64,000 nucleotides of DNA, taken from Octopus vulgaris. Lineage: Eukaryota. Location of the stretch: positions 35,836,001-35,900,000 of the forward strand of contig OX597831.1 of NCBI GenBank assembly GCA_951406725.2, read 5' to 3'. A program made the position numbers and the translations under genes. Each line of letters begins with the position of its first letter. Position 1 is the first letter of the stretch. Shown here in pieces: positions 51,719 to 64,000 of this stretch. The notes below the pieces were generated by a model. It was not told the DNA's origin, ran no database searches, and saw nothing but the letters and a program-made list of their open reading frames with translations.

Positions 51719-52165
51719 TATATGTAAGATATTTCTGTCACATTTTATATTAACGTTGATAATCAATGTTTGGAATGGCTGATTTTTGTGATAAGATAAT
51801 AAGTATAAGATAGTTATACTCTACTCTTGTCAACATCGAATTTAACATGATGGGAATTGGGGGTAGCTTTATTGAATGGTTTTATTGCTTATATATTTAC
51901 TTACTATTTATTAATTTTATTTCCAAAATTATTAGTTTTGGGGTGACAGATATTGCTTTCACTTATCTGAGCCTGAAATTTGAAGGAAAAATATTTCAAT
52001 ATAACAAATGTTTGCTCATTCAGCTTTCTCTCCCCCTCTCTCTCTCACGTCCACTATGTGTGTGTGCATGAGTGAATGTGTGACTATGTGCTTGTGCTTA
52101 TGTATATATATGTATACATATACATACATACATACATACATACATACATACATACATACATACAT

Positions 52166-52220
<55 letters not shown>

Positions 52221-53499
52221 TATATGAGTGTATATGAACATATGTTTATATGTGTGTGTGCATATATATGTAAACATGCATATATGTTCAATATATACAT
52301 GTATGTATATATGTATATATATATGTATATACACATACATATGAATATATATATATATATACATATATGAATATATATATGCATATAAATGCATACACAT
52401 ACATACTCACATACACACACACACACGTTCTTGTAAAATAATTTCTTTTCCTTTTTTTTCTTTTCATTTGTACAGACCTGTTCTATTTCTCAAATAACTT
52501 ATGGCGTTTTTTCACCCAAATCAATCTTATCCCACTCCATTTAAAATCTTCTGTCAATGTCACAGACTAGTGAAATAATAACCAATTTCAATTCAGCTTC
52601 ACTACTCTCATTGACTTTCCAGTATTATTTGTGTTGCGCATTTAGTTGTTGAATAGTCTGATCATCAAATATCTTTTCAAGAAGCAGCCAGCGTTAAAAA
52701 AAAAACAAAAAACAAAAAAAAGACCACTAGCTTAAATGATACATGAATTATATATCATTAACAGATTTAAATATTATTCAACATCTTCATATGTTTTGTT
52801 TGTATAATGATCGTTAATAAATTCTATAGCATACTTTGTTTTGTTGACTTTTTTTCATTACAATAACGAATTGTATGTCGATATTATTACAAGTTTAATA
52901 CTAGTCACTTAGCTGAGGGCAAGAAGGCAATATTTTAAATTCAAATTGCTTGCTCATTTAAAATGCTACCTTTAATATAAAATATATTTAGTTTAAATAC
53001 AAAGAGTTTTTGAAATAAGAACGCTATTAATTTCATGTCTATTTTCATTTCTAGTAAAATAGATGTTGTATTTGGTAGCTTTAATTGGGTAAATTATTGA
53101 AATTTAGATTGTCATTCTCAGTGAAGGCTTAATAAATGATAAGTTAATGCTAACTAAAAATATTTATTTAAAAGACATTTTATCTCATATTCTGTAGATT
53201 CAGTCTAAATAACATACAATATTTACATTTACTTAAATGGCTTGCTCATACAACAATGTTCCTTGTCAATGTTCTATTATCATCATTATGGTGTGTCTTC
53301 TGAATGATTTGATGGAGCTTTTGACTTCTGTTTCTAGCTGGCTTGCGTATGTGTCTAGGAATGCTAATGATTTTCGTGGCAGACAATGAATGTTGATAGT
53401 AATATAAAAGCTTCAATGAAATACTTTAATGAAGACACATTGTAAATGTGTATACAACATATTGTTATGTTAAGCTAAGGTTGCTTCAAGTCTGTATAT

Positions 53500-53630
53500 T
53501 GTTCTTTGTAAGCCTAGTACTTATTCTAGTATTCTCTTTTGCTGAACTGCTAAGTTACTGGGATGTAAACATACCAACATCAGTTGTCAAGCGATGGTGG
53601 AAGGACAAACATAGGCACACAAACATATAC

Positions 53631-53690
<60 letters not shown>

Positions 53691-54203
53691 GAAGGCGCAT
53701 GGCTCAGTGGTTAGAGTGTTGAGCTTATGATCGTTAGGTTGTGTGTTCAAATCCCGGACTGGGCTGCGTGTTGTGTTCTTGAGCAAGACACTTTATTTCA
53801 CGTTGCTCTATTTCACTCAGCTGTAGAAATGAGTTGCGACATCACAGGTGCCAAGCTGTATCGGCCCCTTTGCCTTTCCTTTGGATAACACTGGAGGTAT
53901 GGAGAGGGTAGGCCGGTATGCATGTGTGACCGATGGTCTTCCATAAACAACCTTGCCCGGACTTGTGCCTGGGAGGGTAACTTTCTAGGTGCAATCCCAT
54001 GGTTCGTCATGACCGAAGGGGGTCTCAATATATATATATATATGATGGTCTTTCAGTTTCTGTCTACCAAATCCACTCACAAGGCTTTGGTCGGCCCAAG
54101 GTTATAGTAGTAGACACTTGCCCAAGGTGCCATGCAGTGTAACTGAACCCAGAACCATGTGGTTGGTAAGCAAGCTACTTACCACACACTCACTCTTGTG
54201 CCT
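53500..54203 (-). mobile_element. SINE family B with a family C SINE (53691-54026, plus) inserted in its (TA)n tract
   Basis: B tail at about 53500-53625, then (TA)n, a complete C element, (TA)n again and the B head at about 54045-54203. Confidence 0.85.
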
Positions 54204-54608
54204 ATATATTAGTCTAAATTTCTATAATTCAAGCCTTGGTAACTTTTGAATGAATGAATAAATGTTTTGTTTACTCATTTCTACATCAGAACAAGTATTT
54301 TATGGTCTAACTAAGAATGTCTGGAGTATTTGTTACTAAGGTGACCAAATTGGATCAGAATACTGTGTTTGGCTATCTGTTGGCTTTCTGAGAGAAGCTG
54401 TGTCTTTTTTTTTTTTTTTTACATAATAAGACTGAGATGTTTCTCCAAGACAAAATATTACATGAAACTTCCAGATACATAAACAATGTGGCAAATGATC
54501 AGTTTCAGTGAATAAATTCTTTTTACAATAAAGAATATTTTCATGATTTTTTAAAAGAAATTCCAAATTGCTGTGTATCAACAAATATTTAACCCTAAGC
54601 ATTTAGAC

Positions 54609-54809
54609 CAGTGGTTTTCAACCAGGGTTCCGCCAGTACAGTCTGGGGGTTCCGCAAGAAGTTACAAAACTGCTAAAATCGGCAGTAATTTTTAATTCTC
54701 TTGTGCAGATATGTGTGCATAAGACTATTAAATCATTGCACAGGGGTTCCTCGAGCCAGTGGAATGTTTCCTTGGGGTTCCGCTCCAGCAAAAAGTTTGA
54801 AAAGCACTG
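54609..54809. mobile_element. hAT (Charlie-type) MITE with 8-bp TSD
   Basis: TIRs CAGTGGTTTTCAA and TTGAAAAGCACTG. TSD ATTTAGAC at 54601-54608 and 54810-54817. Confidence 0.92.
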
Positions 54810-54825
54810 ATTTAGACAAATATCT

Positions 54826-55038
54826 AACCCTAAGCTTTTAGACTGGCAATGTCGGGTCCAAATATTCTAGTTGTTTCATGTTCGAAATGTGTAGATCCAG
54901 CCTTTCACACCTCCTCTACAATGTCATTCTATAACATCCTTGAAATCTCAAAACTACAAGGCAATGCCTGACTAATTCATATCAATGTAGATAAGTAATC
55001 ATTACATTTGACCGAGTAATCTGAATAATAAAGGGTTT
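54826..55038. mobile_element. piggyBac-like MITE (TAACCCT...AGGGTT ends), decayed
   Basis: CTAACCCTAAGC at the left and ATAAAGGGTTTA at the right. The left end is duplicated at 54583-54608. Confidence 0.45.
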
Positions 55039-55100
55039 AGGGGAACATAATTTATTTACCTTACAAACAGAAGAATTGATTGTTTTACTGATTCGGATTT

Positions 55101-55482
55101 GGAAGCACTCCGTCGGTTACGACGACGAGGGTTCCGGTTGATCTGAATCAATGGAACAGCCTGCTCATGAAATTAATGTGTAAGTGGCTGAGCACTCCAC
55201 AGACACATGTACTCTTAACGTAGTTCTCGGGGATATTCAGTGTGACACAGAGAGTGACAAGGCCGGCCCTTTGAACTACAGGTACAACAGAAGCAAGAGT
55301 GAGAGTGAGAGAAAGTTGTGGTGAAAAAGTACAGCAGGGATCCCCACCATCCCCTGCCGGAGCCTCGTGGAGCTTTAGGTGTTTTCGCTCAATAAACACT
55401 CACAACGCCCGGTCTGGGAATCGAAACCGCAATCCTATGACCGCGAGTCCGCTACCCTAACCACTGGGCCATTGCGCCTCCT
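55101..55482 (-). mobile_element. SINE family D
   Basis: Minus strand GGAGGCGCAATGGCCCAGTGGTTAGGG...GGTTTCGATTCCC tRNA head. Confidence 0.9.
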
Positions 55483-55849
55483 TTAGTGATTAAAGATTAT
55501 TTGTAAAACAATTTAGCCACTTCGAAACTAGTTCCAAGAAGCTGAAGGAACTGCATACAATAAATCAAAATAAAATCACTGCAGAAATAACTGTTTTATT
55601 GACTGAAAGTTTCAGTAAATTTTTCACTGTCTTTATTGCTTTCCATTTTCTTATTCCAGTCATCTTGTCTTTATCGTTCACCTTTCATTACATAGTCCAT
55701 AGTTTTTGATAGAGAATTATTCATGGTTATTTTTCTCTGTGGCATGCAAAGAAAAAAATAAACTAAACTTTGACCAAATGTAAAATACAAACTTCATTTT
55801 TCCTTACATTGCATTTGTGAATCCAACGAATTAATTGAATAAACTCTCT

Positions 55850-56262
55850 CTTTTACTCTTTTATTCTTTTACTTGTTGCAATCATTTGACTGTGGCCATG
55901 CTGGAGCACCGCCTTTAGTCGAGGAAATCAACCACAGGACTTATTTTTTGTGAGCCTAGTACTTATGCTATCAGTTTCTTTTGCTGAACCACTAAGTTAC
56001 GGGGATGTAAACACACCAGTATTGGTTGACAAGCGATGTTGGAGGGACAAGCACACACACACACACACACACATACACATACATATAGACATATATAAGA
56101 TGGGCTTCTTTCAGTTTCCGTCTACCAAATCCATTCACAAGGCTTTGATCGGCCTAAGGATATAGTAGAAGACACTTGCCCAAGGTGCCCCATTGTGGGA
56201 CTGAACCCGGAACCATGTGGCTGGTATGCAATCTACTTACCACACAGCCACTACCGCACCTA
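55850..56262 (-). mobile_element. SINE family B
   Basis: Family match. Confidence 0.88.
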
Positions 56263-56429
56263 TAAACTATAAAACTCAGTTTTTTTTTTTGTTCTTCTCC
56301 AAAAATTACTTGACAACCATATTGGTCTGAAGATTGTTGCTGTAGCCCTTGTTGCTTATGTACTAACATTATTCTTGTTATGGTTATTACTCCTTTTCCT
56401 GATATTATTGATGTTGCTGCTGTTGCTGT

Positions 56430-56786
56430 TGAGTGAAGCGGTCTTCGTCCTTTGGGAGAAGTTCGAAACGTGGTCCTTTGTTATTTGTAAGACCCACTGA
56501 AGAGAAAGCAGGTCAACCCCCGACACCGAGAGCGTCGACGGAAGGATGAATGTGCATCCAGGCTCAGTGGTTGCGTAGGAATTGGGGGACAAGAAACAGG
56601 AAGAAAGAGTGAGAGAAAGTTGGAGTGAAAGAGTACAACAGGGGTCGCCACCATCCCCTGCTGGAGCTTCATGGAGCTTTAGGTGTTTTCACTCAATAAA
56701 CACACACAACACCCGGTCTGGGAATCGAAACTGTGATCCTCTGACCGTGAGTCTGCTGCCCTAACCACTGGGCCATTGCGCCTCCA
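56430..56786 (-). mobile_element. SINE with a family D head and a different 3' half
   Basis: Matches family D from the head to CTTCCTGTTTCT, then unrelated sequence ending in (CAA/CAG)n. Confidence 0.8.
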
Positions 56787-57251
56787 CTGATGTTGCTGCT
56801 GTCATTGCTGTTGCTCTAGTTGTGATTCTTGTCCCTGTTCATCATTTAACTGTTTTATTTGTTTCTTTTGTTATTTTGTTAATTATTTATTAATTTATTA
56901 GAGACAATGAGCTCTCATATTTTTCTGGCCCTTGGAATTATGACTGCATTTCTCTTGTCCCATTCCACTGTGATTTCTTACACATGTAAAAATCAAAGAA
57001 TTTTGAAATGCAAAACCAACCTTGGTGGAGTCTGAACACAAATCATGAAACTACATGGCAGAATATTTCAACTATATTTTCTATGGTATTGTATTGATTC
57101 TGTTGTCTAATGACAATAGCAATAACAATAATCATAAAAAGAAGCACAATGAAAATGGTAAAAATCAATTCTCAGAACCATTTATCATTTAATAGTAAAT
57201 CTACTCTTTATTGTCTTCCACAAAACATTTGGCAGGAACTAAGTATGTGGT

Positions 57252-57285
<34 letters not shown>

Positions 57286-57494
57286 TTAATGTAAGTATAT
57301 ATGTACATATAGTATAATACAATACAATACAAACACACACATAAATACACATACGTACATATTTATGTCTTCCATAAAACATTTGACTGTATATAAGTGT
57401 TTTTGTGTGTATATATACGTTTAAATGCAGTCAAAAGTTTTGTGGAGGACATCTGTGTGTGTGGGTGTGTATATGTATGTATATATATATACAT

Positions 57495-57525
<31 letters not shown>

Positions 57526-57607
57526 CACATATATATACAGATATATATATATACATACATATATATATATATGTATATATATATATATGCATATATATAT
57601 ATATACG

Positions 57608-57638
<31 letters not shown>

Positions 57639-57875
57639 ATATATATATCCACACATACATATATACATAAAAACACATGCATGTATACATTCGCATACAC
57701 ACACATATATAATGAAAGTTCCCTAAGCAACCAATGAATTTAATTTCCAGAACATTCTGGAATTCTACTGGAGTTATGAAGCCTTATATTTCATTGGCTT
57801 GTACTTTTACTATTAACAAAACTTTACAACACCATCGACTAACATCAGCATGCACAAACATGCTCGAACACACAT

Positions 57876-57921
<46 letters not shown>

Positions 57922-58192
57922 GCACACGCACACACACAAACATACACTTACAGACATACATATACACAAACTCATTTTCAACTTTTTAACTTTTTGCGAG
58001 CTAGAGGAAAGAGAGGAAAAATAGAAAGGGCATAAACAATGGGAAAGGAACAAAGAGAGAGAGAAGGACAGGGGTGGGGAGAGGGAGGAGAGAGAGAGAG
58101 AGAGAGAGTAAGAGTGAGAGGTGAGCAGAAGGGAGCCCAAATGATAGATGAGAAGAATGACGCCTCTGTTACTAAAGTACCGAGTGAAAGTT

Positions 58193-58326
58193 AATAATAA
58201 TAATAATAATGATAATAATAATAGTAATAATAATAATAATAATGATGATAATAATAATAATAATGATAATAATACTAATAATAGTAATGATGATAATAAT
58301 AGTAATAATAATGATGATAATAATAA

Positions 58327-58395
<69 letters not shown>

Positions 58396-58402
58396 TGATA
58401 AC
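58193..58402. repeat. (AAT)n microsatellite
   Basis: Directly visible. Confidence 0.95.
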
Positions 58403-58927
58403 AAAAAATGCCCTTGTTGTAAAATAAACATTGTTTATTAGAGAATGCAAAAGAGTTAATATGAACACATGCATAGTCATTTAAAATAAAATGTCTATGG
58501 CTCATGAGGACAATCTAATCATACCGAAGCCATAATTTGTTAATATCATGGCTAAATGAACAAAGTAAAAATCACAAGGTATTAAAAAAAAAAAAAAGAT
58601 AATTTACAAACAAGAAAAAAGAAAAAGAAAAACTAACTAAAAATCTTAGCAAAAACATACACGAATTTTAAAAGAACAATGGAGGTTATAATAGCTGAAG
58701 GAAACCAGCATAAATACACGTATGGCATGGTGTGCCAGTAAAACAATATCGTTTTAAGGCGACATTTTCATGGAATTGACAAAAGTTATTATGAGAATAA
58801 AATAAAGTTTAAAGCCTTAAATAAAGACAGAAAACTAGAAAAGTATTTAAATAATAATAATAATAATGAATAATAATAATAATAATAATAATAACAACAA
58901 TAATGATAATACATACATACATATATA

Positions 58928-58972
<45 letters not shown>

Positions 58973-59138
58973 GTGTATATATGCATATATATATATATAG
59001 TGTATATATGCATATATATACACACACCTGTATAATAGGGAGTGTATGAAACAGTAAATTTTATAATCCAGAATTATATTCTTCATGTTTCCTACACAGA
59101 GAAGATTTTTCAAAAGAAAAGAGGCAAATGAATGTGTG

Positions 59139-59251
<113 letters not shown>

Positions 59252-59779
59252 TTGTATATATATATATATATGTATGGTTGTATATAGGTGGATGTACATA
59301 TATATGAGTGTCAGTCGGTGTGTAATTATGTTCTTGCCATATGTATGTATATATATACACACACACATACATGTATATATATAAATGTGTATATATATAT
59401 ATATGTATGTATGTATATATGTACTGATATATTGACACTACATTTCGCACTTGCTCTCTGAAAGCTATTCAACAGTAAATTTTCGTTTTTGCATTTTGCA
59501 TTTACAGTTTTATAATTAGGAAGTAGATGAAGTCTCTACAGATGACAAAGAACTGCCTTAATTCCCAACATAATCTCTGTTATTGAATAATATTTCAAAC
59601 GTATCACCTGCCTGTTGGCAGTTAATCTTTTGTTTTCTAATTTCCATTGAAAAGTTACACTATATAATCAAAAAGCTATTGAAACATTCAACCAGATAGA
59701 AATAAATTTATCAATAATGGACCAACTAGTGAACCAACCTACTGAACAAGCAACCGATTAAGCAAGTGAGCAGCCAATC

Positions 59780-60367
59780 TGTAAACGAACCAACCAACCA
59801 ACCAACCACCCAGCCTAGCAACCAACCAGCCGACCGACCAACCGACCAACCAACCAACCAGCCAGCCAAGAGACAAACTGCCTAATCAAGCAAGCAAACA
59901 AGCAACTAATTAACCAACCAGCCAGCTTACCATCCAACCAACCAACCAACCAACCAACCAACCAACCAACCAATAAACCAGCCTACCAACCAACCAACCA
60001 ACCAACCAACTGGCCTACCAACCAACCAGCCAACCAGCCTATCAAGCAAGCAAGCAAGCAACCAATCAGCCTACCAACCAACCAACAAACAAACCAACCA
60101 ACCAACCAACCAACCAACCAACCAGCCAGCCTACCAACCAACCAACCAGCCTACCAACCAACCAACCAGCCTACCAACCAGCCAGCCAAGAGACAAACTG
60201 CCTAAGCAAGCAACTAATTAACCAACCAAGCAACCAACCAGCCTACCAGCCAACCAACTAACCAACCAACCAACCAATTAACCAGCCAACCAACTTACCA
60301 ACTAACCAACCCACCTACCAATCAATCAACCAACCAACCAACCAACCAAGAGACAAACTACCTAGCA

Positions 60368-60401
<34 letters not shown>

Positions 60402-60520
60402 CTAACCAACCAAGAAGCCAGATAGCCAACAGACCAACTATTTGGCCAATCAACTAATCAGCTAACAACCATTTGATTGACAGACCAACCAGCCGACCAA
60501 CCAGCCAACCAACCAAACAG
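59780..60520. repeat. (CAAC)n/(CAGC)n/(CAAG)n tetranucleotide tract with higher-order units
   Basis: CCAAGAGACAAACT.CCTA recurs three times (near 59866, 60186 and 60346). Confidence 0.9.
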
Positions 60521-60557
60521 CCCAAATGAACCAGGAAATATCCAAGATTGGTTTGAT

Positions 60558-60700
60558 CATAGGTTCTCAAAGTGGGCACTACTGCCCCCCAGTAGACGTT
60601 GAGACGGTCCATGTGGGCGCTAGTGCCTAAGGGGGCAGTGGGGGGCAGTAGAGTAAAAATAGGTGTTGGGAGGAAGGCAATGGATTGAGGGACACTATGC
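60558..60700 (+). mobile_element. hAT-like element left end
   Basis: CATAGGTTCTCAAAGTGGGCACTACTGCCCCCC resembles CAGTGGTTCTCAAA-type TIRs. The right end is not clearly found. Confidence 0.45.
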
Positions 60701-62374
60701 ATTTATTATAATAGTGTTGTATACAAATTATATATCATATTAGATATCAAATATTAATAAAAATAAACAAAAACAAAAACAAAAAAACAAATTACACGAA
60801 CGTATATAAACAGGAGATACAAATGTTACAGACACCCCCCTCCCCACACAGTAACTAAACATAGACACACATAGAGGTATACGCATGCACAAATGAAGAC
60901 ACATACAATAGGAATACAAAATACAAAATGGCTGACCGTTAGTAAGGCGAGACACACAAATAAGAAAGAAGAAAGCAAAGGACCACTGACGAGGTTACAG
61001 AAGTAACAAAAGAACTCTAGCTGAAATAAGATTAAGATTAATGCAAAAAATGAATAATGCTGAAGCAAAGTAACACCAAATATATAGTGCGTGTGTTTTT
61101 ATTGGCTAAACTGGCAAAATGACCATTCCTAAATACAACATGATTCAATAAATATCAATGATTCATAGTATATATAAATTAATGAACCGTCCAAAAGCAT
61201 AAAATATTTATTTGATGTATAAAAATAGGGGTTAGGGCGCTATTATTTATACAATGTATAATGTTAATTACGTTGCATGTAGTAAATAGAACAACTTGAT
61301 AAATTGGGGATTAAAGATAACTTTCAATTTATTAGGCTTAGGGAAGTGTTTTGCAAACAATGCAAAAAATTGATTGGGTAATCAATCTACTTTGGATGTT
61401 GAGGTGAAAGTGGGATGAAACCAGATTACATGATGAACACTAGTTTGCCTATTGTATCTTAAGAAGCTACTACCATTTGAATTATGATAGGGAGGCAAAT
61501 GTTTATTGATATGCCAGTAGGTGGTTGCATATTTTGGACATGGTATCCTATTACGAGGGGTTTCCACATATTCACTCTCAAAGCATTGGTTGGCCTGGGG
61601 CTATAGAAGAAGACACTTGTCCAAAGATTCTGTACAGTGGGGATGAACCTGAGACCAAATGGATCTGAAGCAAACTTCTTAACTAAACAATCATACCTTT
61701 GAAGTAAATTTGGCTGCCATTTCTAACAGATCAAGTGACAGTGATAAAGGCTGATTCATATTGTACAGTTAATCTACAATCTGGAGGAAACTGTTGACCT
61801 GGCTTGGTAAACATTACACAATGAAGTTAGTGAGTTTGTTTAAGTTATCATGCCGTAGGGTGAAGACAGAAGCATAGAAACTTAACCAAACTTGAACATT
61901 GCAATACAATTTTATAATTAAGTTCAATTGGTATTTATTGATTGAAGAGGACTGAATAAAGGATACACAACTGAATGGCAGAACCAGATGAGCATTGTAT
62001 TAATTAATTAATTAATCAGATATTACCTTGCAGTAATTAGTTATGTATCTCTGTTTTCAGAGTTCAAGTCCAGCGGATGTTGACTTTACTTTCATTGCTG
62101 CTTTGTTAAACTAAGTACCAGTCATATAAGGAGGTAGCTGTAATTGATTGTTTTCTCCTTTAAAATGTGTAGCCCTTTGCCATGTTCTCTTTGGTCTGTT
62201 TGTATATGTTGTGCAATTTGTATCCTGTATGTATGTATGTGTGTATGTACACTCTAAACGTACACACAAAGCAACTTACATATTGTTCACACTTTACTTA
62301 CACGCAAGGGAACCAATATTTTTCTGTGTGTACTTTGCATACATACTTGGCAATGTTTTGTAAGCATCCTACAT

Positions 62375-62762
62375 GGATGGAAGCCCTCCGTCAGTTACGA
62401 CGATGAGGGTTCCGGTTGATCCATATCAACGGAACAGCCTGCTCATGAAATTAACGTGTAAGTGGCTGAGCACTCCACAGACACGTGCACCCTTAAGATA
62501 GTTCTCAGGGATATTCAGCGTGACACAGAGAGTGACAAGGCCGGCCCCTTGAAATACAGGTACAACAGAAACAGGAAGTAAGAGTGAGAGAAAGTTGTGG
62601 TGAAAGAGTACAGCAGGGATCACCACCATCCCCTGCCGGAGCCTCGTGGAGCTTTTAGGTGTTTTCGCTCAATAAACACTCACAACGCCCGGTCTGGGAA
62701 TCGAAACCGCGATCCTATGACCGCGAGTCCGCTGCCCTAACCACTGGGCCATTGCGCCTCCA
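62375..62762 (-). mobile_element. SINE family D with 13-bp TSD
   Basis: AAGCATCCTACAT at 62362-62374 and 62763-62775. Confidence 0.93.
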
Positions 62763-62924
62763 AAGCATCCTACATACATGTAATGCAACTAACCTCTTCT
62801 CATTTTATGTACATACAGAGCAACTAACCTTTGCGTGTGAACCTTACTATAGCTAAAATTTCGTGTATACTTAACACACATATGAGGCATCCAAAAATTT
62901 TGTATCAAATTATATAAAAATAGT

Positions 62925-63255
62925 AAAGGCCCTTTTTGTCACAAATGACCATGGGATTGTACCTAGAAAGTTCTCCTGCAAGGCATAAGTCTTTCTAAGG
63001 TTGTTTGCGGAAGACCAGCAGTCACCAATGCATACTGGTCTTCCCTCTACATGTCACTGATGTTCTCCAACAAAATAGCAAAGGCTGATACAGCTTGGCA
63101 CCAGTGATGTTGCAATCAATTTTTACAGGTGAGAGAACTGAAATGGCGTGAAATGAAATGTCTTGCTCAAGAACACAACACACAGCCCAGTCCAGGTATC
63201 AAAATCACAGCCTCATGATTGTAAACCCGATGCCCTAACCACTGAGCTATGCAAT
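62925..63255 (-). mobile_element. SINE family C, diverged
   Basis: Collinear with 6905-7237. Confidence 0.85.
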
Positions 63256-63268
63256 GTTCATATTAGGC

Positions 63269-63580
63269 AACTATGTGCATGAGAATACATACATAAAGCA
63301 TACAAATCTGCACATAAGTCCATCCATCCATCCATACATACATACACACATACACACATACACACATACACACATACATACATACACACATACATACAAA
63401 CATACATACATACATACATACATACACACATACATACATACAAACATACATACATACATACATACAGACATACATACATACATACATACATACATACAAA
63501 CATACATAGATACATACATACATACATACATACATACATACATACATACATACATACACACATACATACATACATACACA

Positions 63581-63612
<32 letters not shown>

Positions 63613-64000
63613 CATACATACAAACATACATACATACATACATACATACATACATACACACATACATACATACACACATACACACATACATACATACATA
63701 CATACAGACATACATACACACACACACATACATACACACATACATACATACATACATACATACATACATACATACATACATACATACACACATACATACA
63801 TACATACACACATACATACATACATACATACATACATACATACATACATAAATACATACATACAAACATACATACATACATACATACATACATACACACA
63901 TACATACATACACACACACACACATACATACATACATACAGACATACATACACACACACACATACATACACACATACATACATACACACACGCATACATA
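63269..64000 (+). repeat. R4/Dong LINE 3'-terminal ~50 bp followed by more than 650 bp of (TACA)n
   Basis: AACTATGTGCATGAGAATACATACATAAAGCATACAAATCTGCACATA matches 23019-23067. Confidence 0.85.

Noticed and set aside
56455-56510. GAAAC..GTC...CTGAAGA arrangement suggesting a type II hammerhead
   Set aside because: Stem I cannot form adjacent to the core, and the sequence is a SINE tail.

Overview
AT-rich, microsatellite-saturated animal DNA, most consistent with an intronic or intergenic stretch of a coleoid cephalopod (octopus-like) genome. The taxon call is inferred from the tRNA-derived SINE families and repeat landscape, not from a database hit. Almost all ORFs in the supplied track are translations of (TA)n, (TACA)n, (TATC)n, (ATT)n or (CAT)n repeats, or of SINEs. 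Real content: dozens of copies of at least six short repeat families (labelled A-F here), decayed DNA transposons (mariner D,D34D; maT D,D37D; hAT, pogo-like and piggyBac-like MITEs; Helentron-type elements), and non-LTR retrotransposon relics (R4/Dong, HERO, Tx1/L1-like, RTE, Penelope GIY-YIG). One plausible host exon lies on the minus strand (21525-21598, ending AKGTQV-stop, a class I PDZ ligand). The most notable unannotated layer is four distinct, well-formed minimal type I hammerhead ribozyme motifs (471-530, 4853-4921, 13318-13371, 40952-40986) plus several decayed ones. They sit in short non-coding, often (TA)n-associated or fold-back elements that look like non-autonomous Penelope-like or retrozyme-like families. 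One SINE family shares its 3' tail with a Tx1/L1-like LINE in the same window. Repeat boundaries were read by eye and are approximate unless a TSD or TIR is quoted.
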